A DNA stretch of 64,000 bases, taken from Nitrospirota bacterium (GTDB lineage: Bacteria; Nitrospirota; UBA9217). The stretch spans positions 1 to 64,000 of the forward strand of contig CAWBNQ010000001.1 in NCBI GenBank assembly GCA_963790205.1. The letters run 5' to 3'. Positions within the stretch are counted from its first letter, which is position 1. Each line of letters opens with the position of its first letter. The notes beneath the pieces were generated by a model. The model worked only from the letters and a program-made list of their open reading frames with translations. It was not told the DNA's origin and searched no databases. Of this stretch, positions 41,901 to 52,291 are shown piece after piece. A program made the translations under genes and the position numbers.

Positions 41901-42790
41901 TTAGCTCTCCGGCCTTCGAGGATATTGTTCAGCCCGTCGCCGAGCAGATGGAAACCGAGAATGGTGAAGAGGATCGCGAGGGCGGGCGCAGTGGAGGGCC
42001 AGAACTTGCCCTGCATGAAGTAGTTGGCCCCTGCCTGCACCATGTTGCCCCACGACGGCGTGGGCTCCTGCACACCAAACCCGAGGTAGCTCAGGGACGT
42101 TTCCATGAGAATGGCCTCTGCCATGCCGAGCGTGGCCTGGATGATGAGAAGCGACCGGCAGTTGTGCCACAAAATATGCTTGAGGATGATCGTCTTCGTC
42201 GGCAACCCCAGCGCCGCGTCCGCCTCGATGAAGTTCTTTTGTTTCAAAAACTGGATCTTCCCCTTGATGAGCGATGCAACGACCGGTACGTTCGTAAGCC
42301 CCACGACCATCATGATGTAATAGATGTCCGGCTTGAACGCCGCGATAACGAGCAGGATGAGCACCAGGCGCGGGAAGGAATCCACCAGGTTCGTGAAGTA
42401 GGTTATACCCGTGTTGAACCAGCCACCGCGGTATCCAGCGAGCACGCCAAGCACGGTGCCGAAAAAAAGGGCGATGCCTATTGCGAGCAGGCCCGGAAGG
42501 AAATAGGCCTGGATGCCCACAATCAGGCGCGAGAGCATGTCCCTGCCCATGAAGTCCGTGCCCAGGAGGTGCCCAGCGGTCCCCGGCGGCGCCATCATGA
42601 GCTCAAGGTCGATGTCCTGGGGGTCCCGCGGCAGAAGGTTGAAGGAGCCGAGAATATAGGACGCCACCACGAGCGTGACGATCAGCAGTCCGTAGCCCAC
42701 GTAGGCAAGATCCACGGTGTCGGCTTTTTTCCAGAACGGCAAATCGGAAAATTCCCCGATCTCTCCTGATATTTGGGAATATGATTTCAT
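41897..42790 (-). CDS. ABC transporter permease (OppC/DppC-like)
   Basis: HLLGTD..GRD.LSR, EA..ALG, LSYLGFG...PTPSWG. Confidence 0.93.
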   Translation of the reverse strand: MKSYSQISGEIGEFSDLPFWKKADTVDLAYVGYGLLIVTLVVASYILGSFNLLPRDPQDIDLELMMAPPGTAGHLLGTDFMGRDMLSRLIVGIQAYFLPGLLAIGIALFFGTVLGVLAGYRGGWFNTGITYFTNLVDSFPRLVLILLVIAAFKPDIYYIMMVVGLTNVPVVASLIKGKIQFLKQKNFIEADAALGLPTKTIILKHILWHNCRSLLIIQATLGMAEAILMETSLSYLGFGVQEPTPSWGNMVQAGANYFMQGKFWPSTAPALAILFTILGFHLLGDGLNNILEGRRAK

Positions 42791-42961
42791 AAAGCCGCAT
42801 TAACCACAGAGATACACGGATAAATTCACCTGTTACGAATTCATCATGCAACCATCTAAAGGAATGCAGACCCTGGGCCCCCGCTCCCTGCTTGCTGCCC
42901 GCTGGGACAAATTTCGCGGGAATGACCGCCTTTACTCCGAACTCCTCGCTCCGGACTCAAG

Positions 42962-43927
42962 CTATTCCTTCGACGCCCGCGGGTTCACGGCCACGGACAC
43001 CACGCTCTGGAACAGGCTCCCCATGCGCACGAAGACGGCGGCCAGCATGGCGATGCCCATGATGACCGGGTAGTCGCGGTCCTGCGCGGCCTGCCATGCC
43101 ATCCTGCCCATGCCGGGCCAGTTGAACACCTGCTCGACGATCACGGCGCCGCCGAGGATGAAGGGGATCTTCGACGCGATGATCTCGGTCACCGGGATGA
43201 GTAATCCTTCCTTGAATGAATGCCTCCACACCGAAGCCCCTTTGGCGCGGGCTGTGCGGATGTAGTCTTCGTCCATGACCCTGCCCATCTCGTCGCGCAG
43301 AAAACGGATGATCTCGCTGATTGTGCCGTTCCCCAGGCCGAGCACGAAAATCGGCAGCAGTGCATAAAGCCAGCCGAATTTGTGCGCGCCGCTTGAGTAG
43401 CCGAACGCCAGCGGGAACAGCCCGAGCTCGTGGGTGAAGAAATAGATGACGATGTAGCCGAGCCAGAAAACAGGAAGGGCTGAGACCACGTAGGAAAACA
43501 TGGTAAGGGGCCATGACAGTTTATTAATGCCGCGCACTGCTGAATAGAGCGCGATGGGCACGGAGATCAGGAGCGTGATGAACATCGAGCCGAGCGTCAG
43601 GGTGAGAGTATTGAGCCCCACGCGAAGCACTTCTTTGAGGACGGGCAGTCCCGTGCGAATGGAAGTACCAAAATTCCCCTGGAGCATGCCCGTCAGCCAT
43701 GAGAGGTACTGGGCGTACCAGGACTTCGGAACACCCAGGGCCTCGCGCAGTCCGGCCCGCGCCTCCTCAGTCGACACCTGGCCTTCGAGCAGAACGCTGA
43801 AAGGGTCGCCGGGAGAGAGGTAGAGAATAATGAACACTACAAAGCTCACTCCCAGCAGGAGCAGCAGCGTGATCACCAGTTCCCTGGAAAGGACCAAGGC
43901 CATGGGTTTGATGGCTGAGAGTTTCAT
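42962..43927 (-). CDS. ABC transporter permease (OppB/DppB-like)
   Basis: PGDP, DYIRTARAKG, VEQVFNWPGMG, RDYPVI. Confidence 0.93.
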   Translation of the reverse strand: MKLSAIKPMALVLSRELVITLLLLLGVSFVVFIILYLSPGDPFSVLLEGQVSTEEARAGLREALGVPKSWYAQYLSWLTGMLQGNFGTSIRTGLPVLKEVLRVGLNTLTLTLGSMFITLLISVPIALYSAVRGINKLSWPLTMFSYVVSALPVFWLGYIVIYFFTHELGLFPLAFGYSSGAHKFGWLYALLPIFVLGLGNGTISEIIRFLRDEMGRVMDEDYIRTARAKGASVWRHSFKEGLLIPVTEIIASKIPFILGGAVIVEQVFNWPGMGRMAWQAAQDRDYPVIMGIAMLAAVFVRMGSLFQSVVSVAVNPRASKE

Positions 43928-43969
43928 GTCTCCATGTCCATTCTGAACTCCGAACCGCCGGCGTTGAAC

Positions 43970-45586
43970 TTATTTCTGGTCTTTCTCCTCTATGAACCAC
44001 TCATTCGCATAGGAAAAGAACTTGTAGGGATGAATGGCCACGTGCCGGATCTTCCTGTGGTACGCCGCATAGTTTGTGAGCGTCCAGAGGAACGTGTAGG
44101 GATTTTCGTCGGCGAGGATAGCATGGAGCTTCCGGTTGATGGTCCTGCGCTTCTCATGGTCGAGGGTGAGCTTGCTCTCGTTGATCAGGCTGTCCACCTC
44201 CGGGTTGGAGTAGCCGATGAAGTTGTTCTTCCACGGGCCGATCTCGCCCGAATGGAACAGCGACGAGATGTCGGCGGAGTCGTCGAACACCCACGAGGCG
44301 AAGACGATGTCGAAATCGTGCTCAAGGAACACATCTTCCTTCCAGGCCTGCCACTCCTCGAACGCCACATTGATGTCTACGCCAATGTTCTTGAGATAGT
44401 TCTTGAACGCGAGCACCACGCGTTTCACGGCCTCGCTTTCTTTCTCAATCGGCACCTTGAGCGTAAGGGAAAGCTTTTTCCCGCCCTTCTGCATGATGCC
44501 ATCGGGACCGGGAGTAAATCCCGCATCCCTGAGCAGGGATTTCGCCTTTTCCGGGTCAAAGGGGTAGGGCTGTACATCGAGGTTGTAGGCCCAGCTACCC
44601 GGCGCGAAAGGACCGGAGATGAGGGTGCCCTGCCCGTTAAAGAACGAGTCGAGCATCTCCTGCCGGTTCACAGCGTAGGTGAAGGCCTTGCGCACGCGGC
44701 TGTCCGCGAGGAGCGGATTCCGGCAGTTGTAGCCGAAGAAGGAGTAGGACAAGGCGTTATACGGCTGAAGGATGAAGCGCTTGTCGCCCTGGATCTCCGG
44801 GATGTCGCGCGGGTTCACCAGAACGATCATGTCGATGGCGTTGAACATGAGCGCCTGGGTCATGATGTTCTGATCGGCAAAGGGTTTGGCAATGAATTTA
44901 TCGATATGCGGCCTGCCTTTGAAATAGTTGTCGTTCGCCGCAAGAACGATCTCGCGTTCGGCGGTGACGTTCTTGAGCAAGTAGGGGCCGGTGCCGATGG
45001 GGTTCTGCACAAAAGCATCGTCCCGCGTGAGGTAGTTGGGATTGCTCGGGCCGTGCTCCGGGATCACCTTGAAACTGAACTTGGCCAGCGCGTTCAGGAT
45101 CGGCCGCTTGAGCGTGAACCTGACCGTATAGTCGTTGAGTTTTTCCACCGTATCGATGAACTCGTAGCGCACCTTGAGCGGCGTGATGGTCTTGGGGTGC
45201 ATCATGATCTTGTAGGTAAAGACCACGTCATCGGCCGTGAAGGGCTTCGGCTCCTCGCCCTCGCGCGGGTGCCAGGTCACGTCCTTCCGGAGATAGAAAG
45301 TATACGTGCGTCCGTCGGGAGAACGCTCCCACCGCTCGGCAAGCTCGGGCACGATCTCCTGCTTCTCATTGATCCCGACCAAGCCGTTGAACATCAGCTC
45401 AGTAAGCCGCAGTGAGATCATCTCATTGCTCGTAATCGGGTCGAGCGTGGCCGGCCGGCCGTATTCGCCGTAGCTCACCGTTCCTCCGTTCGGCCTGTTC
45501 TCTTTTTTTGGCTCCGCCCCGGCGGAGAACGCCATCACGAAGATCACGACGGCAAGCGACATCAGAACCAGTGGTATCCTTTTCAT
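43970..45586 (-). CDS. ABC transporter substrate-binding protein, family 5
   Basis: Signal peptide; TLDP, PELAE.W, YTFYLR, PIGTGPY, VRKA...A.NR. Confidence 0.93.
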   Translation of the reverse strand: MKRIPLVLMSLAVVIFVMAFSAGAEPKKENRPNGGTVSYGEYGRPATLDPITSNEMISLRLTELMFNGLVGINEKQEIVPELAERWERSPDGRTYTFYLRKDVTWHPREGEEPKPFTADDVVFTYKIMMHPKTITPLKVRYEFIDTVEKLNDYTVRFTLKRPILNALAKFSFKVIPEHGPSNPNYLTRDDAFVQNPIGTGPYLLKNVTAEREIVLAANDNYFKGRPHIDKFIAKPFADQNIMTQALMFNAIDMIVLVNPRDIPEIQGDKRFILQPYNALSYSFFGYNCRNPLLADSRVRKAFTYAVNRQEMLDSFFNGQGTLISGPFAPGSWAYNLDVQPYPFDPEKAKSLLRDAGFTPGPDGIMQKGGKKLSLTLKVPIEKESEAVKRVVLAFKNYLKNIGVDINVAFEEWQAWKEDVFLEHDFDIVFASWVFDDSADISSLFHSGEIGPWKNNFIGYSNPEVDSLINESKLTLDHEKRRTINRKLHAILADENPYTFLWTLTNYAAYHRKIRHVAIHPYKFFSYANEWFIEEKDQK

Positions 45587-45651
45587 AATATTCCTCCTCA
45601 CCAAATTTCGGATTTCGGATTTTAAATCCGCCATCCACAATCCTCGTTGGC

Positions 45652-47160
45652 TTAATTGATCTTCACATCGCCGGCGCTTTTGTGCTCCACGGCGTATACG
45701 CCCTGCAGCGCCTCCTGGATCTGGCGCACTTCCGGGAACTGCTTGCTCATCTCGAAATAGATCTCGAGGGCCTCGGAGAACTTCTTCATGCGGTAGTATG
45801 CCTGGGCCAGGCTCACGAGGGTTACTGGATCGTTGAACTCGATCTTGTTCTTGTTGCCCTTATCGCGGCCGGCCTCCAGGTAGGACGCCGCCCTTGCATA
45901 GTCCTTCTTTGCGAGATAGTATCTGCCGAGGGCGATATTCAGATTGGAGAACCGCTTTCCTTCTCCGGCCTCGACCGACGCCGCGGCCTTTTGCGCGACG
46001 CGGGGGCAGCCGGCCCGCGATCTGGCGCAGGCGAACAGTATCTCCGCGAGCAGGTCGGGGTCTTCGGGCTGCTTTCTCGAAAGCTCGTCCCAGGTGCCGA
46101 TGGCGTCGAACTGGCGTCCCCGCTGGTACTGGTTCGCCGCCTGCCACGCCGCGGCCTTGTCCCGGTACTGCTGCGGCATGGCCGGCGAAGCGATGAACGC
46201 GGCGGTGGCCTTCATGGATTGTTCAATGTTGCCCGCCATCGCATAGGCCTCGCCGAGGTAAAAATTCGCCGTGTCCCTCAGCTTCTCCTCTCCGGCCGCT
46301 TTCTCGAGAGCGGCAATGCTTGCCTCCCGATAGAGCGTGGACAGGTTTTCCAGCAGGGAGACATCGTAGAAATTAATGATCTTGGTCTTTCCCAGGGATT
46401 CCTTGTAGGAGAAGGACTTGAGGTCGGCCCTCCGGAGCAGCTCAAGCCCCTTGTCTGCAAGCCCGGCGGCCGCATAGACGGTGATGACGTTCTTAAGGAG
46501 CCTCATGGAAGGCGCCCCGCCGGATTTCTTGACTTCCGCCAGGCTTTCGTCGGCGAGGAGCACGGGCTTCTTGTCCTTGAGCCCCGCCTTGACGTATGCA
46601 GCGGCAAGCGCGGCCTTGACCTCCGGATCTGCGGTGTCCAGGCCGGACCAGGCCTCATCCTCTTTCTGTTTGTTGTCCTGCAGGGCGAAACAGAGCCCGA
46701 TGCCGACCCTGGCAATGTTCTTATACCGGGGCCCCACGCTGTCGTCGCTTGCGAATTTCTCCAGATACGTCAGGGCCGGTCCAGCCTTTCCCGACTCAAG
46801 GAGAACTTCACCCATATAGAGGTCTACAAAGCGGCTCCGGGCCTTACCCTGAGCGGCGGCAAGTTTCTTGAGGTAGTCCAGGTGCAGAGCGAGCGATTCT
46901 TGGTACAGATCCTTGTGAAGCTCGGCATTCTTGAGGTAGAGCATGCCGAGCGTCAGGTGGGCCGCTCCCTGCCTGCCGGGCGCGATTGACGGCAACTCGG
47001 CCCGCAGCGCTGTTGCGGCTTCAGTGTAATGCCGCTTTTCGTAAAGCTTCATCGCCCGCGTCACGGCATCATCCGCGGAATGCGCCTGCCCTGCGGCAAG
47101 GGCACCAAAGAGTATGATAATAATGAAGGAAAAGAACGGCCCGATGCGCTTCATAGACAC
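45652..47160 (-). CDS. Exported TPR protein
   Basis: Signal peptide (A.S/A); repeated LG..Y / A...Y TPR-like helices. Confidence 0.8.
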   Translation of the reverse strand: MSMKRIGPFFSFIIIILFGALAAGQAHSADDAVTRAMKLYEKRHYTEAATALRAELPSIAPGRQGAAHLTLGMLYLKNAELHKDLYQESLALHLDYLKKLAAAQGKARSRFVDLYMGEVLLESGKAGPALTYLEKFASDDSVGPRYKNIARVGIGLCFALQDNKQKEDEAWSGLDTADPEVKAALAAAYVKAGLKDKKPVLLADESLAEVKKSGGAPSMRLLKNVITVYAAAGLADKGLELLRRADLKSFSYKESLGKTKIINFYDVSLLENLSTLYREASIAALEKAAGEEKLRDTANFYLGEAYAMAGNIEQSMKATAAFIASPAMPQQYRDKAAAWQAANQYQRGRQFDAIGTWDELSRKQPEDPDLLAEILFACARSRAGCPRVAQKAAASVEAGEGKRFSNLNIALGRYYLAKKDYARAASYLEAGRDKGNKNKIEFNDPVTLVSLAQAYYRMKKFSEALEIYFEMSKQFPEVRQIQEALQGVYAVEHKSAGDVKIN

Positions 47161-47333
47161 TCCTTCGATAAATAAATTCTAAACACTATATCTAAATCCT
47201 GAATAAACTCAGCCTTCCCGTATCAAATCAATGTTTACCTCTCCGGTTTGAATTTTGATATTGTTCCGGGCTTCGACGCAAGCTCAAGTTAAGCGATTTT
47301 GAGTTTCGGATTTAGGGTTTTTTCTCTCTTTCC

Positions 47334-48602
47334 TCACTTCTTCAGCCTCATTATATAAATCTGGTCCCACTGATTGACCTGGGCTCGAAACGCGATGGTC
47401 CCCTGCGCCGAGCACGTCACGTCATGGTTCATCTTGGTATCGGTCCTGATGAGCATGCTGGTCTTCCGCGCAATGTCGGCAACGTAGAGCGGATTGTACT
47501 CCTGCCGGTCGTTCTTCACATATACGATCCTCGCGCTGTCCGGCATCCACGCCGGCCCTGTTTCAACATCAGGAATGACGTCCGTTGCCACCACCTTCGC
47601 GGCAAGCCCCTCGCCCTCCATCGGGTCCGAACCGTCAGCCGCGATCACCATGAGAGACCAGGTCTTGGAGTCGCCATCGGCATTGTAGTTGGAATAAAAG
47701 GCGATCTTCCCGCCGTCCGGCGACCAGACCGGCCGCAGATCGTCGTAGGGCCAGGTCGTGAGCGCCTTGAGAGACTCAACGGGACTGGCAACATCGGTAA
47801 TGAGGACGATGTGATGGTTCTCGTTGCTCCCGTGCATCATCACGATCTTTTTACCGTCCGGCGACCAGCGGGGATACAGGTATGCCTTGCCTCCCCGCGT
47901 CAGCCGCGTGAGCCCCTTCGTCGGCAGGTCCAGCAGATAGATATCGCCGTTGCCGGTGCGGCCCGACACAAAGACGATGGCATCCGAGACCGGCGACCAG
48001 TGGGCCTGCCCGTCCTTTTCCTTGTGGTCCGTGAGCCTCACGGTTTTTTTTTCGCCAAGCTCCTGAAGGTACAGGTCGTAGTTGCCCTCCCCGCCGTTGC
48101 TCATGAACACAAAGCGGTCCTCGCCGGGCGACCAGGTAATGCCGGCATTATAGCTCGTTTCTTCATACACTCCTGGAAAGAAGAACTTCGTGTCGCCGCC
48201 GTCCGACAGCTGAAAATACACCGTCTGCACCTCGGTCCCGTCGGGGAGGGTGATACGGATCTCCTTTTTGTCGCCCATGCTCCGCTCGAAGGCGATGAGC
48301 GAACCCTGAGAAGACCATTGCGGATTGGAGTCGTTTCTGCCCGGCTCGATCTTCGTCAGCGGCCGTATAAAAAGCGGCTCGATCTCCTCCGGCATTTTCT
48401 CCGTGCCGGTAGCTCCTGAAGACACCTCGGGAACCGGCATGCCGGCCCCGGGGTCCCTCCCGTCCGTTTTCTTCTCCGCTTGAGGGCCGTCACTCAAGGT
48501 ATCCGTAGCAGCGAACAGAACGTCTGCTGCCATGCTCACGCTCGCAAGAGAGAACGCGGCAATCACGGCGTATCCCGCCACCCAACTCCTCCGAATTTTC
48601 AA
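47334..48602 (-). CDS. Exported TolB-like beta-propeller (PD40 repeats)
   Basis: Repeated P.WSPDG.KI motifs; signal peptide. Confidence 0.85.
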   Translation of the reverse strand: MKIRRSWVAGYAVIAAFSLASVSMAADVLFAATDTLSDGPQAEKKTDGRDPGAGMPVPEVSSGATGTEKMPEEIEPLFIRPLTKIEPGRNDSNPQWSSQGSLIAFERSMGDKKEIRITLPDGTEVQTVYFQLSDGGDTKFFFPGVYEETSYNAGITWSPGEDRFVFMSNGGEGNYDLYLQELGEKKTVRLTDHKEKDGQAHWSPVSDAIVFVSGRTGNGDIYLLDLPTKGLTRLTRGGKAYLYPRWSPDGKKIVMMHGSNENHHIVLITDVASPVESLKALTTWPYDDLRPVWSPDGGKIAFYSNYNADGDSKTWSLMVIAADGSDPMEGEGLAAKVVATDVIPDVETGPAWMPDSARIVYVKNDRQEYNPLYVADIARKTSMLIRTDTKMNHDVTCSAQGTIAFRAQVNQWDQIYIMRLKK

Positions 48603-48626
48603 ACAGGAATTCTCCTTACGGTATCA

Positions 48627-51196
48627 TCAGAGGTTTTTGATCTGGTCCCAGTACTTCTGCGCCGTCTCGCGCGCCTGCTCGTAGGTGCTGTTTCCCTCAA
48701 GGTTCTTCGGGAAGAAGTCGAAGTAATCTCTCCATGCAAGATTCGCGTTGTTCAGGATCGCGGGTTTTCTGGTGATGAGGTAGAGCTTGTGGTACGACAG
48801 CGCCAGGTAGTAGTAGGTGTCATGGACCGCCTCGTCGTACCGCACGTCGGGGAAGAACCGCGTGTTCTGTTTTGCGTTCTTGCAGATTCTGGATCGCCTT
48901 GGCAAAGTCCTGCGCCGCGGCATCTCTTGTCCTTCTGCACGAGAGTGTTCCCCTTCTCATAGTAGGCGTGCCCCAGGTTCGTATAGGCCACGGCATACTG
49001 CTTGTACAGGAGCTGCTGGTTCTCGGGCAGCGTAAGCACATTCTCGAACTCGCGGATCGCGCCGTCGTAGTCGTTCTTTTCGTCGAGATATATCTGGGCG
49101 AGCCGGGTGTGCGCCTCGGAATAGTCGGGGTGCCCCTTTTCCGTGCTCTTGTACGCCAGGATCGCGCCGTCCACGTCGCCTGACTGCTCCGCCCGTTCGC
49201 CGATCTTGAGGTAGTCCTTATGAAGAATGATCTTCCGGTCGCCGGTGCGGTCTTCGACCTTTTGGGCGAACTCTACGACCTCTTCGAAATCGCGGTAATC
49301 TCCGCCCACCGTGACTTTCACCGTGTGGAACCCGAGGTTCACGAGCTTGCCGTCCCGTATCGGCGTCTTCCCGATCTTATCACCGTCAACATATACGTCC
49401 GCCCCCGAGGGCTCGGACTCGATTTTGAACACGGAGTTGTTCACCTGCATGACGAACGCTCTGGTGTCCTTGTTCTTCTCGATCTTTACCTTGTCGCTCA
49501 CCTGCTGGTAGCCGTGCCGGTAGAGCACGATGTCGTACTTCTTGCCAAGGCGGACCGGGATATCGGCCTTGCCGTCCGCGCCCGTGGAGCCGACCCACTC
49601 CTCATTGAGGTAGACGTTCACCCCGCCCAGCGGCGAGACGTCCGGGGGAATGCCGCCCTTGGCCAGGATAGTGAAGTAATTTTTCGCCTCTTCCTCATCG
49701 CGATAGATGCGCCTGACCACCCGGTCGCCGACGTTGATCTTCTCGCCTTTCTTCAGGTCCTCGACCTCGGTCCATGAGCCGGTGTCCTCGGCCTTCTTCA
49801 CCTTGAGCCTTCCTATATCGCGGTAGCTCGACACCTTGCCGCTCTCGTCGAGGCGCGTCGCCATAAGGGCGAATTCCATGCCCCTGCTGATCTTGTAATC
49901 GGGTCTGCCGAGGTTGATGCGGTAGCGATCTTCTTCTTTGGAGACCACCGTGCCTTCGAAAGGAAACCGCTCCATGATGTTCGCGGCGATCTCCCGTGCG
50001 GCGCCGTTGACGTCCCCGGCGCTCCTCGCCCTGTTCAGCTGGCTTAGGATCAACTTGCCGCCCGAGGTGTAGAACTTGGTTTCGATAAGGAAACCTTTCT
50101 CGTCCTTGGCCACACTGCCGAGAACGATCATGTCCGCGGTCCGGCGAAGCGGCGTCTCCCGCCAGCCCTTGGCCGTGATCTTTTCGATACTGAGCCGCGC
50201 GCGTTTGACCTCGGCCTGGAGCGTTTTGGTCGGCACTTCCCGGAAGCACTTGTTTTTGAACATCTGGCCAGCCACCGCCTGTTCGGTCTGGGCGAGAACC
50301 TCCTTAAGGTCCACGTTCGGGGTGTTGCCCACGAAACGGTAGATGCCGACCCGGATCGGTTTTGGGCTGACGGGATAGAAATACCGCTGGATATTCATCT
50401 CGCCCTCGAGGGTGACCGAGGCCTGCCATGAGGCGGGAAGGTAGCCGGGGACGCTGAGTGCAACCTGCGCCTTCTTGCCGGGCTCGCCGTCGTAATTATA
50501 CGTCATGATGCCCTTGGCGTCGGTCTTGCCGATCTGCTTTTTGCCGAGGGTCACAACCACGCCCGGGATCCCGCTTGCCTGGCCGTACTCTTCGGCAAGG
50601 GCCGTAACGGTTAGCAGCACCCGCTTCGAGAGCGCTGCCTCGATCCGCTGGCCGGGCTCCACCGCGCCGGTCTTGCGCCAGACGCCGTAGCCGGACTTGG
50701 TCACCGCGAGGTCCACGCCGCCCTTGGGCAGCTCTGTGTACTCGTAAACGAACTCGCCCTTTGCGTCCGTCTTTCCCACGTCTTTTCCCGCGGCCTTAAC
50801 CACGGCATCCGGTACGGGAGCACCTTTCTCGGCAGCGGCGATCGTCACGAACCGCGAGGCGGCCAACTCGGCGTCAAAGGGATACGTGTCCATGGCCCCG
50901 GCCTTGGGCAGCTTCATCAGAAAAGTGCCCTTCCAGGGCTTGATCCGGTATCCCGGCATGTCCTTGGCAACGAGCACCTCGACCTCGGCGCCGGGCTTCT
51001 TTCTGATGATCTTTGAAAAGTCTCCGCTCGCGTCAGTAAGCCCCTGCTCCTCGCCGTCCACGACGACCTTGGCCTGGGCCGCGGGCTGGCCATCCATGCG
51101 GGCCTTCACCTTGATCTCGAGTTTTTCGCCCGCACAGGCAAAGAGAAGGAACGACGCCGACAGAACAAGAATTGACCGTATCGCATGTTTAACCAT
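48627..51196 (-). CDS. Large lipoprotein with beta-sandwich repeats, a CsgG/TolB-N-like segment, PEGA domain(s) and C-terminal TPRs; two +1 frameshifts near 48928 and 48880
   Basis: Lipobox LFAC; repeated G.TDA.G; IESEPSGADVYVDG..IGKTP (PEGA); TPR continues through two alternative frames (DAAAQDFAKAIQNLQ, NAKQNTRFF). Removing 2 nt gives 856 codons. Confidence 0.8.
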
Positions 51197-51325
51197 AGAA
51201 TGCCTCCTGAGAGAACTACTTAAATTGGAACGTGCAAATAGTAAATTTAAAATTGTCGCCTCGCCGTTTCATTCCCCCATTCAATACTGCACCGCACGCG
51301 GCCCATGCCGTTGGGGAGCTGTAGG

Positions 51326-51775
51326 TTACATCTCCGGCGGCTGAATATTGACCTCGCCGGGATTTACGATCTTGTCTTCATCGGACGTCGACCCCTCGAT
51401 GCTCTTGCGCTTGCCCTCGGCGATCTTCTTGAGCTTGAAATTCACCTTCTTGCTGCCGAACTTCGTTATCTCCACGGTCTGCGTATCGGTCATGTAGCCG
51501 ATCCTGCTCGCTTCCACTTTGTACGTGCCGGGAATGATGTAGTCCTTCACGGACTCGAACTTCCCTTCAGCATTTACCGTCACTGCCTGGGACGCCTTTT
51601 CAAGGGTCGTTGTGATGTTGATCATGTTCACCACCGTGCCCTGCGGGCTTTCCTTGGCAGGCGGAATAGGCTGCAGGTTGGCGTCTACGAGTTGGACCGT
51701 CCCGTAGATCGACGGCGAACAGGCCCCCAGCGCAAGCGCCAGAACAACGAACAAAAGATTCTTTGCACGATTCAT
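51326..51775 (-). CDS. Lipoprotein with a carboxypeptidase-regulatory-like (transthyretin-like) domain
   Basis: Lipobox LGAC; G.V.....G.F....PGTYKVEASRIGY; SD AGGAGG. Confidence 0.8.
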   Translation of the reverse strand: MNRAKNLLFVVLALALGACSPSIYGTVQLVDANLQPIPPAKESPQGTVVNMINITTTLEKASQAVTVNAEGKFESVKDYIIPGTYKVEASRIGYMTDTQTVEITKFGSKKVNFKLKKIAEGKRKSIEGSTSDEDKIVNPGEVNIQPPEM

Positions 51776-51834
51776 ATCCTAATCCTCCTGAGCCTTGAAT
51801 TGGGTTTCCCCGCTGCGTGATGAGCACCGATGCA

Positions 51835-51881
51835 CAAAAAAAGCCGCCAAAGAGAAAAGATTCATCCGTTCTTTGGCGGCT
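51835..51881 (-). terminator. Intrinsic terminator forming the riboswitch expression platform
   Basis: Minus strand AGCCGCCAAAGA...TCTTTGGCGGCT followed by T7; the 5' arm is the 3' end of the aptamer. Confidence 0.85.
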
Positions 51882-52025
51882 CGACTAGCGTATAAAGCAG
51901 GCGATACCCTCTTTCTGAAAAAATCCACCGGGAAATTAAAGAAGGATATGCGGTACTGTTTTATGTAGCTTCGTGGCTCTGCGCCCCGCGGTTTCCCGCA
52001 GTTTGCTCTGAGCAAAGGCACTATT
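51871..52025 (-). ncRNA. GEMM-I (c-di-GMP-I class) riboswitch, A20 variant, with long P3 insertion
   Basis: GAGCAAA-CTGCGG-GAAA-CCGCGG-GGCGCAGAGCCACG...CTAGTCGAGCCGCCAA matches the GEMM-I core. Confidence 0.8.
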
Positions 52026-52069
52026 CAGCTATGTGCTTATATGCTGCAATTAAGTCGTAAGTAGGATAA

Positions 52070-52098
52070 ACTGTACCATTTCATCGGCTCATTGTCAA
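52070..52098 (-). promoter_or_regulatory. sigma70 promoter of the riboswitch-led operon
   Basis: TTGACA-N17-TACAGT with TG extended -10. Confidence 0.7.
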
Positions 52099-52291
52099 GG
52101 GCGACCATGATGCGGGCCAGGGCTTCGATTTTCCAGAACTTTTTTTGCGTCTTGGCCGTTGGGACGATGTGGTCTGCCAGGATTATACCGTTTCCCGTCA
52201 TCAACGGTCTTAAAAAACATTTGCCATCCCCCTTCCCATGCGTTAATATACTCTGTTTTCCGATAACCATCATGAACAAGAGGAACAACGA

